Of a stretch of 64,000 nucleotides of DNA, positions 38,640 to 51,300 are shown in pieces. Within the stretch, counting starts at the first letter, position 1; the number at the start of each line of letters is the position of its first letter. The DNA comes from Octopus sinensis. Its lineage: Eukaryota. The notes under the pieces were generated by a model that saw only the letters and a list, made by a program, of their open reading frames with translations, was not told where the DNA came from and made no database searches. The stretch is taken from the NCBI RefSeq assembly GCF_006345805.1, contig NC_043006.1, forward strand, positions 1,736,001 through 1,800,000. Reading direction: 5' to 3'. The position numbers were made by a program, and so were the translations under genes.

Positions 38640-41292
38640 CGTGTGTAAAGTAAATGGATGTAATAAGGGGAAACTCGTCGTTTTCGCTGGTATACCTTTA
38701 ATTAGACAGCAATGATGAAGGTAGCATTTACTGGCGGTTTGATTTACTAGTTTTAGTAAATCTCTTCAGAATGCAAAAAATAGATTGATACATAGGTTAG
38801 GATGCGAAAATATTTGATGGTAATAGAAGCAAAGTTAGTAAGTCTTACATTAAATTTTGTTCTTGCACTGGCAATTTCGCTGGGGAGAAGTTTCATTGTA
38901 ATAGACTGGTTAGTTTCGTTGGGCAATTAGAGTGGGGTGAATATTATTTTGGTGTGGGGTTCTGAGTTTGACTAAGCACATTTTTTTGCACGTGTGTATT
39001 AAATTTGTTTTAAGTCCTCAGTGAATTTCAGTCACTGGCGATGTAAGTGAAGAGGAATAACTCTAACTTAGGGGGAGAAGGGAGCTAACTCATACCAGTT
39101 TTATTAGACAAGGTAGAGTGGTTTCAAAAAATGTATTATGGATAAGAATTATATTATTGCTAGAGTTTAGGGAGTTCTTAGTGCTACAAGGGGCTCTATG
39201 TTGGTGCAAAGTAAATTATTATGGAATATGGAGGGTCAGTGGGTTTGCGGGGTGACGATTTGTGTGTAAGTGTTTAAGGTGGTTCCCAGCTAATTAGACA
39301 TATATACATGACTATTCTAGTTTGGGATTATGAAAGACATAGAGGCCTACGTGAAGACAAAAGGGGCTATTCTACTTGTATTTTGAAAATACATAAAGGC
39401 CCACATGAAGACAAAATGTTGTTCTCAAATTTCCTGTTCAGAAGGGGTTTTTTAGCTGTAAGTATAGCTAGGCGTTCTGATAGACAAAGGTTGCAACGTC
39501 TATTGGCGGTGTTATAGGAGGTTGTTTTTGTGAGTATTCGCCAGTTTAAGCTATAATCTATTTTTGTATCCTTAAGTTCCCAAATATATGTACTGAGCCC
39601 TTTGGTGCGCTTTATATTTAAGAATATATATGTGTGTGTGTGTGTGTGTCTTTGTGTCGGTATTTGTCCCCCTCCACCACTTAACAACCACTGTTGATGT
39701 GTTTGCATCCCCGTAACTTAGCAGTTCAGCAAAAGTGGCCAATAGAATAAATACCAGACTTAAAAAATAAGTCCTGGAGTCGATTCATTTGATTAAAAAT
39801 TCAAGGTGGTGCTCCAGCATGGCTGCATTTTAATGACTGAAACAAGTAAAAGATAAAAGATTATTTACATTAAATCTCAATAGTTAATTCATAAGAAGTT
39901 GAAAGATTTTACATTTTTCTTTTCTCTAAGGTTTCTGCTTAGTGTTTTCTGACAAGTATTTGTTATTGACCATTGGTCAGTGTCAACAAGTTTGTGCCAA
40001 CACCTGAAACCCTCAGGTATTAAAAGGAGTCCGTCCAACAGTGGACTGCTATATCTTATTTATACTCTTTTACTTAATCTATTTGTGAATATCATTGAAG
40101 TTGAAAAAAAAAAAAAATGTAACAGAAAAATTGATCCTTTGTCTGTAAATTGTGTCTTTTTTTTCTAGGTGGGAAAAGTGCTGTGGTCAGTGCCATTATT
40201 GTTGGTCTTGGCGGCAAAGCTTCAGCAACAAGTCGAAGTAATTCTGTAAAAAGTTTTATCAAAAATGGCAAACAGTTAGTGTCTCATTTTCTATTTCATT
40301 TTCTGCTTTGTTGATTTGTTTTTCTCCCAAACCCTATTTTGATTCAGAACTGGTCTTATTCATGGTAGAATTATTGTGGGTAACAGGTTATTTCCTGTAA
40401 CCTTAGACATCCACATGATTTCAATAAACCACCAAGTGCTCAAAACCCTTCCAGTGATATTTCCTCTTCAAGTACAACCAGTTAATATCAGCTTTTGGGT
40501 GATGGGCTCCATACCTGGTCAACAACTTTTCTATTTTCTACTTTTCACCTTTTGTCCAGTCCACAATTCCAGCTCCATAAAGTGACTGGCATAAGGAATG
40601 GCCTCCAGCTGTGGAAACCATGCCAAAGCGTCAAAAGCCCAACACAGTCCTCCAACTTTTGAGATCTCAAACCATTCAATCCAAGACAGTATGGAAGACG
40701 AATGTTAGGTTATGATGATGTTACTCAATCAGACTCTGTGTGTCACTCTATGTAATTAACATTATTATGTTCCTTGCAGGTCAGCTGAAATAATAATCCA
40801 CCTGAGTAACGAAGGTGCTGATGCCTTCAAACCGGATCTCTTTGGGAATCAAATTGTGATTGAGCGTAAATTATGTCGTGACGGAGTAAATGGTTACCGT
40901 ATTAAATCAAGCACTGGTAAGCATCATCATCATTATTATTATTTGCCTTTCATCTTTTTGGGGGTCACTAAAATAAATACCTGTCAAGCATTGGAGTCAA
41001 TGTAGTTGACTAGCACCTGCCCACCAAAATTTCAGGCCTTGTGCCTGTAATAGAAAAAATTATTATTGTTATTATTATTATTATTAAGGTGTCGAGCTGG
41101 CAGAATCGTAAGCACACCGAGCAAAATGCTTGGCGGTATTTTGCCCATCTTCATGTTCTGAGTTCAAATTCCACTGAGGTTGACTTTGCCTTTCGTCCTT
41201 TTGGAGTCGATAAATTAAGTACCAGTGAAACACTGAGGCCGCTGTAATCAACTAGTCCCCTCCCCACAAATTCCAGGCTTATAGTAGAAAAG

Positions 41293-41325
<33 letters not shown>

Positions 41326-42290
41326 GAGAGAGCAGTGCATGCCATCAAATTGATACTGGGGTAGAATATACGGAGCCCAGTATACCCAGCATGACCACCC
41401 GTCTGATAAGGGTACACCAGGCAAATGTATCACAACCATATGTACGCGACATGGTGATTTCATATCAAGATAAACAGCGCATGACCTTGCAGGTGGGGCC
41501 TAGTTAGAATTTTCTTCAAGGTCCCTGAATAAGGGTTGTTTAAGGATGTTGAAAGACACACCCATGTTTCCAGAGGTGAATTATCCAAGTCCCAGAGAAT
41601 TCCTCTCTACACATGGTCTTTGATGCTTCCCCACTACTTCTGCTCGTGATCAGAGATGCATGTATCCTCAGCCACTAAGGGACATGCTCAACTGGTTATG
41701 GTCAAACAGCTGACATGCAAATCTGTGGTATTGAGCAGAATATTTATCATCATCATCATCAACATCTTCAGGCAGTGAGATGACAGAATCATGAGCTCAT
41801 CGGACAGTAATGGTTGGCAGCATTTCTCCTAGCTCTTTATGTCCTAAGTTCTAATTCCACTGAGGTCGACCGTTGCCTTTCATCCTTTTGGGGTTGATAA
41901 AATAAGTACCAGTTACACACTGGGGTTGATGTAATCAACTTGCCCAAAGTTCAGGCCATATGCTTGTATTAGAAAAAAAATCATTATTATATTCAATGTT
42001 ATTATTATTGTCTTAAGGACAAGCATGCATGACTGCAAACATTGCAGCACAAGCTTTCCCCATTCATTATACGAGCCGTACGCTTTCGCGCAGCTCACTT
42101 AAGTTCTTCATGCTGGATACATGCTCTCTCAAAAGTGTCGATCCCCTCCTTAACCTGCTTCCTCCATCTGTGGCAATGACAGGCATTGTTCTCCTAGTCA
42201 GTGTCCTGCATATCAAAGGCCTTTAACGAGGACTTAACACAGTCCGTAAATCGCAGCCTGTGTAGCACAGTACTTAAATCAAGTCCTGTG

Positions 42291-42336
<46 letters not shown>

Positions 42337-45300
42337 GGCAGTGTCGGCTATAACCTAGTCACCCTTATAGTCAACCAGGTGATACACGAAGGAGTCATAC
42401 CCAATGACTGGTGCAGCAGCATACTAGTCAACTGCTACAAAGGTAAAGGTGATGCCCTAGATACAAATAATTACAGAGGTATCAAGCAGTTGGATCAGGT
42501 GATGAAGGTTACAGAGAGGGTCATAAGCCAACTAATTAGAGAGAGAGTTAGTTTAGATGAGATGCAGTTTGGGTTCATGCCAGGGAAAAGTACCACTGAT
42601 GCTATATTCCTGGTAAGGCAGCTGCAGGAGAAATACCTAGCCAAAGATAAGCCCCTGTACCTGGCTTTCGTTGACATGGAGAAAGCTTTTGATAGGGTCC
42701 CCCGATCCCTTATCTGGTGGTCAATGAGGAAACTAGGGATAGATGAATGGCTGGTGAGGACTGTGCAAGCCATGTACAGAGATGCCGTAAGTAAGGTTAG
42801 GGTTGGCAACATGTACACAGAAGAATTCAAAGTAGAGGTTGGGGTCCACCAGGGTTCAGTACTCAGCCCCCTCCTATTTATCATAGTACTCCAAGCAATT
42901 ACGGAGGAATTCAAGACAGGCTGTCCCTGGGAGCTCCTCTACGCTGACGACCTTGCTCTTATTGCTGAGTCACTATCAGAACTGGAGGAGAAGTTCCAGG
43001 TGTGGAAGGAGGGTTTAGAATCAAGGGGCCTTAGAGTCAACCTAGCTAAAACCAAAGTACTAATAAGTAGAAAGGTAGACAATCCACAAATATCTTCAGG
43101 AAGATGGCCCTGCTCGATCTGTAGAAAAGGTGTAGGTAGAAACTCTGTAAGATGTACCCAGTGTAAGCTATGGACACATAAGAGGTGCAGCAATGTCAAA
43201 GGTAGGCTAACTGGGAAGATAGTTTTTGTATGTGGCAGATGCTCGGGAGCATTAACCTCCGAAAATCTGCAGAAAACAACTTCCGTCACTTTCCAGGGGG
43301 AAAAACTAGAAGTAGTTGATAGCTTCCGTTATCTAGGTGACCAAGTCAGTAGTTGGGGTAGGTGCGCTGAAAGTGTAACTGCTAGAATAAGAATAGCCTG
43401 GGCAAAGTTTAGGGAGCTCTTACCTCTGCTGGTGACTAAAGGCCTCTCGCTCAGAGTAAAAGGCAGACTGTATGATGTGTGTGTACGAACAGCCATGCTA
43501 CATGGCAGCGAAACATGGGCCGTGACTGCTGAGGACATGCGTAAGCTCGTGAGGAATGAAGCCAGTATGCTCCGATGGATGTGTAATGTCAGTGTACATA
43601 CTCGACAGAGCGTTAGCACCTTGAGAGAAATGTTGTACCTAAGAAGCATCAGTTGTGGTGTGCAAGAGAGACGATTGCGCTGGTATGGTCATGTGGCGAG
43701 AATGGATGAAGATAGGTGTGTGAGAAAGTGCCAATCCCTAGCAGTTGAGGGAACCCATGGAAGAGGTAGACCCAGGAAAACCTGGGACGAGGTGGTGAAG
43801 CACGACCTTCGAACTTTAGGCCTCACTGAGGAAATGACCAGCGACCGAGACCTTTGGAAATATTCTGTACGTGAGAAGACCAGGCAGGACAAGTGAGCCC
43901 AGCCCACTTATGAATGCCTTTCCTCCCTTGGACACAAAGACCTGTTGAGGCAAGCGAAGTCGATATAGAACCTCATCCGACGACAAACACCCATGCCAAC
44001 CCCCCATGCTTGCGAAGACATGTTGGGGCAAGTGAAATCGAAATCGAAACCGAATTGAACCAGCCAGGATCCCTGGCCTGGTGGTACGTAAAAAGCACTA
44101 TCCGACTCGTGGCCGTGGCACGTGAAATACTCCAATGCGACCGTACGACAGGCACCCATGCCAACCCCCTTTGCTTGTGAAGACATGTTGGGGCAAGCGA
44201 AATCGAATTGAACTAGCCAGGATCCCTGGTCTGGTGGTACGTAAAAAGCACTATCCGACTCGTGGCCGATGCCAGCACCGCCTCGACTGGCTTCCGTGCC
44301 GGTGGCACATAAAATACACCAATCTGACCGTGGCCGTTGCCAGCCCCGCCTGGCACCTGTGCAGGTGGCACGTAAAAAGCACCCACTACACTCACGGAGT
44401 GGTTGGCGTTAGGAAGGGCATCCAGCTGTAGAAACATTGCCAGATTAGACTGGAGCCTGGTGCAGCCTTCTGGCTTCCCAGAACCCTGGTCGAACCGTCC
44501 AACCCATGCTAGCATGGAGAACGGACGTTAAACGATGATGATGATGATATATACACACACTCACATTCGAACCGTCCAACCTGTGCTAGCACGGAAAACG
44601 GACGTTAAACGATGATGATGATGTGTGTGTGTGATGAGCTTCCAGACAGTATTTATCCACCACATTTACTCACAACCCATTGATCAGCCTGAGGCTAGTA
44701 CAAGACTTGCCTAAGGTTCCTTGCCATGGCACTGTGTCCAAAACCACATGATTGCAAAGAAAGCTTCTGACAATTAATATTCCACTTGAATAACAGCTAG
44801 TTAATGGCAGCAGAAGTATAATAGCAAGAATAGAATTACAGAAGGGTGATGTTCTGGGAACGAAGGACAATATGACTTTTGGAAACATTTCTTCACGTTC
44901 AGAGTTGCTGAAGCATGGAATAAACTGCCTGCGTCAGTTGTTGACTGCCATGACACTGCATCTTTTAAGGCCCTCATGCTTTCCGAAATCCGCCGAAACT
45001 ACACCTGATTATATATGCACTTTAGATGAGTTGTAGTGCACCTGAGCACTGTACATAATGTTTATTATTATTATTAATATTTAGTGGTATGTGGGTAGAT
45101 CTTAAGAGAAGCAGTGGGATGTACAAAGTATAAGTGTGGCACCAAGACCAGCCAGATCCAAGGCCACTGTAGAAATGGTAAAAAAAAATGCAGGCGGTGG
45201 AGAAGACGTCTGCTGGCAGCTTCTTTCTAACTAATATAATATGGAAACAAAAAGCTTCCAACAAATTGATTAATTGATTGTGTTTTTGTTTACTCATTTA

Positions 45301-48300
45301 TTTTCATCCCCTCTTTCTATGAACAGGTCAAATAATTTCAACCAAACGAGAAGACCTACGCAATGTCTTGGACAGTTTCAACATCCTCGTTGATAACCCT
45401 GTGGTCATCTTAAATCAAGAAATCAGCCGCAGCTTCTTACAATCAAAGAACGCAAGTGACAAGTACCGGGTAAGCGACTTGGGTTTGTTACTTAATGAAA
45501 CGTGTAAGATGTGCATGGTGTGGGTGTGGGTTTGGGGGTAAGAAGTTTGGTTTCCAACCACATGGTTCTGGGTTCAGTCCTGCTGTGTTTTCTATTATAG
45601 CCCTGGGCCAACCAAAGCCTTGTTAATAGATATAGTAGTCAGAAACTGAAAGAAGCTTGTCATATTTATGTGTGTTTCTTATACTATGTCTGTCCCCACT
45701 ACCACTTGACAGCTAGCATTGACTTGGCAGTTCATCAAAAGAGACCGATAGAATAAGTACCAGGCTTGAAAAAATATGCACTGGGGTCAATCTGTTCAAC
45801 AAAAGTTTTCAAGGCAATACTCCAGCATGGCCTCAGTCCAGTGACTGAATAAAAAAGTAAAAGATATATATATATATTTGTACACCTGTAGCTATACCTG
45901 TTGCCAGAGCTTTCTCAAATTTAATCAATAAAGACACAAGTTCCACAGGGAGAGGATAATTCTTCTTTCTTCCTTAACTAGAATTGGAGGCACATGGCCT
46001 AGTGGTTACAGCAGCGGACTCACGGTCGAGGGATCGCAGGTTCGAATCTCAGACCGGGCGATGTGTGTGTTTATGAGTGAAACACCTAAGCTCTACGTGG
46101 CTTCGGCAGAAGGTTATGGCAAATCCAGGTGGGGAACCTATACGCCAAGGAAGCCGGGAGACCGGCCCTTATGAGCCAGGCATGGCTTGAGAAGGAACAA
46201 ACAATAACTAGAATTAATAAGAAATTAGTTTTCGTTCCCACACATGATTTTTCACCGTGGGGTAACTGTCTTATCAGGTGTATATATCCTCTATTCAGTA
46301 AATGCTTTCGAAAAGGCACCGTGCTGTTTATTGTACCAAAGTTTCCACCCATGATAGCAACAATGACCATGTGCTGTATATGTTTTATTGAGAGCTCATT
46401 CAAATCCAGCTACACTCAACACACATACACATTTAGACATGAAGATAAAAGAACAACATTACCTGGGCTTTGAAAGACAATAACATATTCAACTTACAAG
46501 ATTAAATGGTCTGTTATTGAATCCACTCCTACAGCCAAAAGTGCCCTTTCTGTTCATCAGAAAAATTCTGTATTACACAATTGCTCAACTTGCTAATTTT
46601 AACATTGGAATTTATTTCTTCGTGTCCCTATAAAGGAAAGTAGTTTTAAAATTCTTCAAGCTTCCCACTGGATGACATTGTACATGGTTTTAGCTAACTG
46701 TGGACTGTATCAAGCATCAGCCTTTTATCTATCTCTTTTATGTCATCCAACCAAAGTACAAATATATGGGAAATTACCACCTGTATCATCTCCTGTGAAA
46801 GGTAGAAGAGTACATTGTTGTAGAGCTGAAAACGAGGTAATTTCTACTCTTCTCCTCTGGAAGCCATCTACTTGCGATACCAGAGGGCGCACACTCTCCT
46901 ACCCTGATGTAATCTCCAGGGATACAGGTATCCAGCAACAGGACCTCCGTAATGCTATGATGGACCGTGAAGTCTGGCGTAGCATGGTAAATTCCATTGT
47001 CTCGACCACGGTTGAACAATGATGATGATGATCTCTTTTATACATCTTCATCTCTTTTAACATTTCTGTTAATGCACTACCTTAATAATAATAATAATGG
47101 TTTCAAATTTTGTCACAAGGGCAGCCATTTTGGGGGAGGGGATGTGTTGGTTACATGGACCCCAGTGTTCAACTGGTACTTATTTTATCGACCCCTGAAA
47201 GGATGAAAGGCAAAGCTAACCTTGGTGGAATTTGAACTCAGAATGTAGCAACAGGTGAAATGCCACTGTGCATTTAGCTAGTCTGCTAATAAGTCTGCCA
47301 GCTCACTGCCTTAATAATAATAAGAATAATAATAACGGCAGCGGCAGCAACAATAATAATAATAGTAACAGCAGCAGCAGCAGTTTCAAATTTTGGCACA
47401 AGACCAGCAATTTCAGAGGAGGGGAATAAGTCAATTACATCAACCTCAGTGCTCAACTGGTACTTATTTTATCAACCCCGCCAAAAGGATGAAAGGCAAA
47501 GTCAACCCTGGGTTCATTTGAGTGTAAAGTTGGGAAAAATGCTTTACAGCATTTTGTCCAGCGCCGTATTGATTCTAGCAGCTTTCCACTTTAATAATAA
47601 TGATTTTAAATTTTGGCACAAGGCCAGTTATTCCTTTGGGAGGGGCTAAGTTGGATGTGTTTGACCCCAATGTTCAAGAGTGGGGGATGGCTAGTCAATC
47701 ACATTGACCTCAGTGTTGAACTGGTACTTTTATTTTATAAATCCTGAAAGGATGAACAGCCAAATCAGTCCTGGTGGAATTTGAATTCAGGCTATAAAGA
47801 CCCAAAAGAAAAGCCACTAAGCATTTTGTCTGATTCATTAATGATTTTATGAGCTCACCACCTTAATAATAATAATAATAATAAGAAGAAGAAGAATTTG
47901 ATGCAGCATCATCATCATCATCATCATTTAGCGTCCGCTTTCCATGCTAGCATGGGTTGGACGGTTCAACTGGGGTCTGTGAAGCCAGAAGGCTGCATCA
48001 GGCCCAGTCTGATCTGGCAGTGTTTCTACGGCTGGATGCCCTTCCTAATGCCAACCACTCTGTGAGTGTAGTGGGTGTTTTTTACGTGCCACCCGCATAA
48101 GTGCCAGACGGAGCTGGCAAACAGCCACGGACGGATGGTGCTTTTTACGTGTCACCAGCACGGGGGCCAGGCGAGGCTGGCAACGGCCACGATCGGATGG
48201 TGCTTTTACGTGCCACCATCCGATCGTGGCCGTTGCCAGCCTGTTGTAAATAATAATAAATGTAATGATAAATGTGTGAAAATTTGAAACCATTGATAAA

Positions 48301-51300
48301 TGTATTTGTTCTTTCATCAGTTTTTCCTCCAAGCCACCCAACTTGCTCAAATCCAAGCAGATTATGATGAAATGAAGGTACAGAAGAACTCGGCTAAAGA
48401 AATTCTTGCTAAAAAGGAAGAGGTAAATAGTTTCCTCTGATTTCTCTCTTTCATTTTCATCTTCTTCATTTCTTTCGTTTTTTGTGTTTACCATTTTTCT
48501 CTTCTTTCCCTTTCCCTTACTCTATCACTTTCTTTAATCCTATTTTTTTTCCCCATATTTCCTGTACACACTTTCTACCTCTCTTGTTTCCTTTTCTTCT
48601 TCCCTATTTTCTTCTGTAACCCTTTCTTTCTCTTTCCCCTAATTCCATCTCCATTAATTCTTCTCTGTCCCATTGGGTCATCTCCATAAATAATGCATTT
48701 TTTTTAATACTTTTATTTTTCAAAATTAAGATAAACACTAGTTCTTTTTTAATCTAAAATATACTCTCCTTCATTTTCTACAATGCTCTTCCATCTATCT
48801 GATAAACTTGCAAGGCCCCTCCGTGACGAAAAATACTCCTCCAGTAGTGTTATGGCCTCATCTACAGAATTCATTATTTTTTCTATCCAAATGATTTTAA
48901 AGACTGCAGAATAAATGATAATCAGATGGGGTAATGTCCAGAAAATATGGTGGGTGGGGCATTGTTTCCCATTCAAACTGCTCCAACCTTTGGAATGTCA
49001 TCCTCGCTGTATGTGGCTGAGCATTACCCTGATGAAAGAACACCTTTTGCCTTGAAACCAAAGATGGTCGTTTTTCTTCTAGCGCTGACTTAAGCCACTC
49101 AAGCTGCTCACAGTAGATCTCCTTTGTTATCATTTTGTTTGTATTTAAAAGTTGAAAGTGGACTAAATCTTTCATATCCCATCAAACAGATAGCAACACC
49201 TTACATGGGTGAAGACCTTTAGCCTGGAATACTAGTGTTTCTCCTTTCCCTACCCACTGTCTTTGGTGCTTGACATCTTTATAAAGAATCATTTCATGTC
49301 ACAGTCACTATTCGGTCCAAAAAAGGTTCATTCATGAGATGTGACAGCAAAGAAGAGCACATATTCACTCTCTCTGCGATTAGATTTGGATTGTTTGTGA
49401 GGAACCCATTGACACAATTTGCTGCCTTTTCCAATGACACACAGGTGTTGATGAATGGTTGAATAACCAAATCCAAGCTTCTCTGCTAGTTCCTCAACAG
49501 TTACAATGAGATTTTGTTCTACTAGGGTTTGCAAAATGTCCTTGTTGAGCTCTACAGATCTTCCAGGATGAGGGTAGTCTTCTAGGCTGTAGTTTCCAAC
49601 TTGGAATTTCCAGAATCACCGTTGACACTGGCTTATGCTTATTGTCTGATCCCCCTCATCATCATTTAATGTCCGTTTTCCATGCTAGCATGGGTTGGAC
49701 GGTTCAACCAGGGTCTGGGAAGCCAGGAGGCTGCACCAGGCTCCAGTCTGATCTGGCAGTGTTTCTACAGCTGGATGCCCTTCCTAATGCCAACCACTCT
49801 GTGAGTGTAGTGGGTGTTTTTTACGTGCCACTGGCACAGGGGCCAGAGGAGGCTGGCAAACGGCCATGATCGGTTGGTGCTTTTACATATCACTGACACG
49901 GACGCCAGTCAGGTGGCGCTGGCATCTGCAACATTCGGACGGTGCTTTTTACGTGTCACCGGCACAGGTGTCTTCTGATTTTGCCCCCTATACTGCATTA
50001 ATATTCCTCACGCTTTCTGTTGTGTTGTTGCATTTATTGAACTCTTAAAGCAAAAATATACTGAGTATGCTCCTTTTGCCACTTCCATTATAGCTTTGCA
50101 TAAAAAAAACTGTTAAAATCGAACTGCACTCTTCAAAACTTGCACTAAGAATAAGTACAAGGTAAAATTACTACCCTCTTTTATAGCAAGTTGATGCAAG
50201 TAGTTTATCCCATCCTCCTCCGACTTTTAGTTCATGCAATTGAAAAAAACTGCATTATTTATGGGATGACCTAATATTTTCTTGTACCTTGCTTCATTTT
50301 TAAATGAAATCAAAACAAAAAGAAAAGACAAACAAGATATGTTGACCACATTTTTCCTAAATACTTGATATAGCATGTTCTTAACCACTTGGTTTTGGGC
50401 TCTCTCCTTCAGCTGTGAAGGGCTGCAGTATAGAGGGAGACATCTTTATTCTGTGAGGAGTTGATGTGAGAGAGAAGGGCCCAGAACAGAACAAGTTTTA
50501 TTTTGCTTTGGGAAGTGACACAGCTATTCACATTATAGAAGAAATGGTGGGAGTGACTGGGGTGGAGCTGAGAAAGGTGAAAATAGTGATTATGAGGTAT
50601 TAGGGTAGACCCTCAAGGTGTGGTGATTAGTAAGGACAGGAGAACAGGAAGTGTGACAAGTATTATTTTTCTTATGTCCATGTTTTGCCATGCTAGCATG
50701 AGTTAGAGAGATATTTTATTGAGGTAATGTTTTGCAGCCAAATGCTCTTTTTGATGTTGACCCTTACCATTTTCCAAGCAAGGGATCTCTTATTCCCCAC
50801 AGCTTTAAAGTTATGAAGCAAGCATGTGATTTATTGATAGGAAAAATGCCAACAAAATCACTCAATTGTCCGGAGCCTTCTAAAAGGAAGAAGTCAGTCG
50901 TTTTACTATAGTTGTCAAGAACTCAACTCAACTGTTGAATTTTAATGATTACTACGAATGTATGAAAGCGCTAATTGAACTTTATAAACATTGGTAAATT
51001 TTTTTTTAATGTTTAACACACTTGAATATTGTAAAAAAATGTTTTTTTTAAATACAATAATAAAAAACGTGAAAACCAGACCATGCTGTAACTTTATTCG
51101 GCTGATATATTATTCTATACACATTTACACAAATCCAGAAAAGAAATATACACACACATGTGTGTATACATACATTTATAGGTATGTATGTATGTGGAGG
51201 CGCAATGGCCCAGTGGTTAGGGCAGCATACTCGTGGTCGTAGGATCGTGGTTTCAATTCCCAGACTAGGTGTTGTGAGTGTTTATTGAGCGAAAACATTG

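Noticed and set aside
42495-43907. Antisense ORFs opposite the RTE RT
   Set aside because: Shadow frames of the sense ORF.
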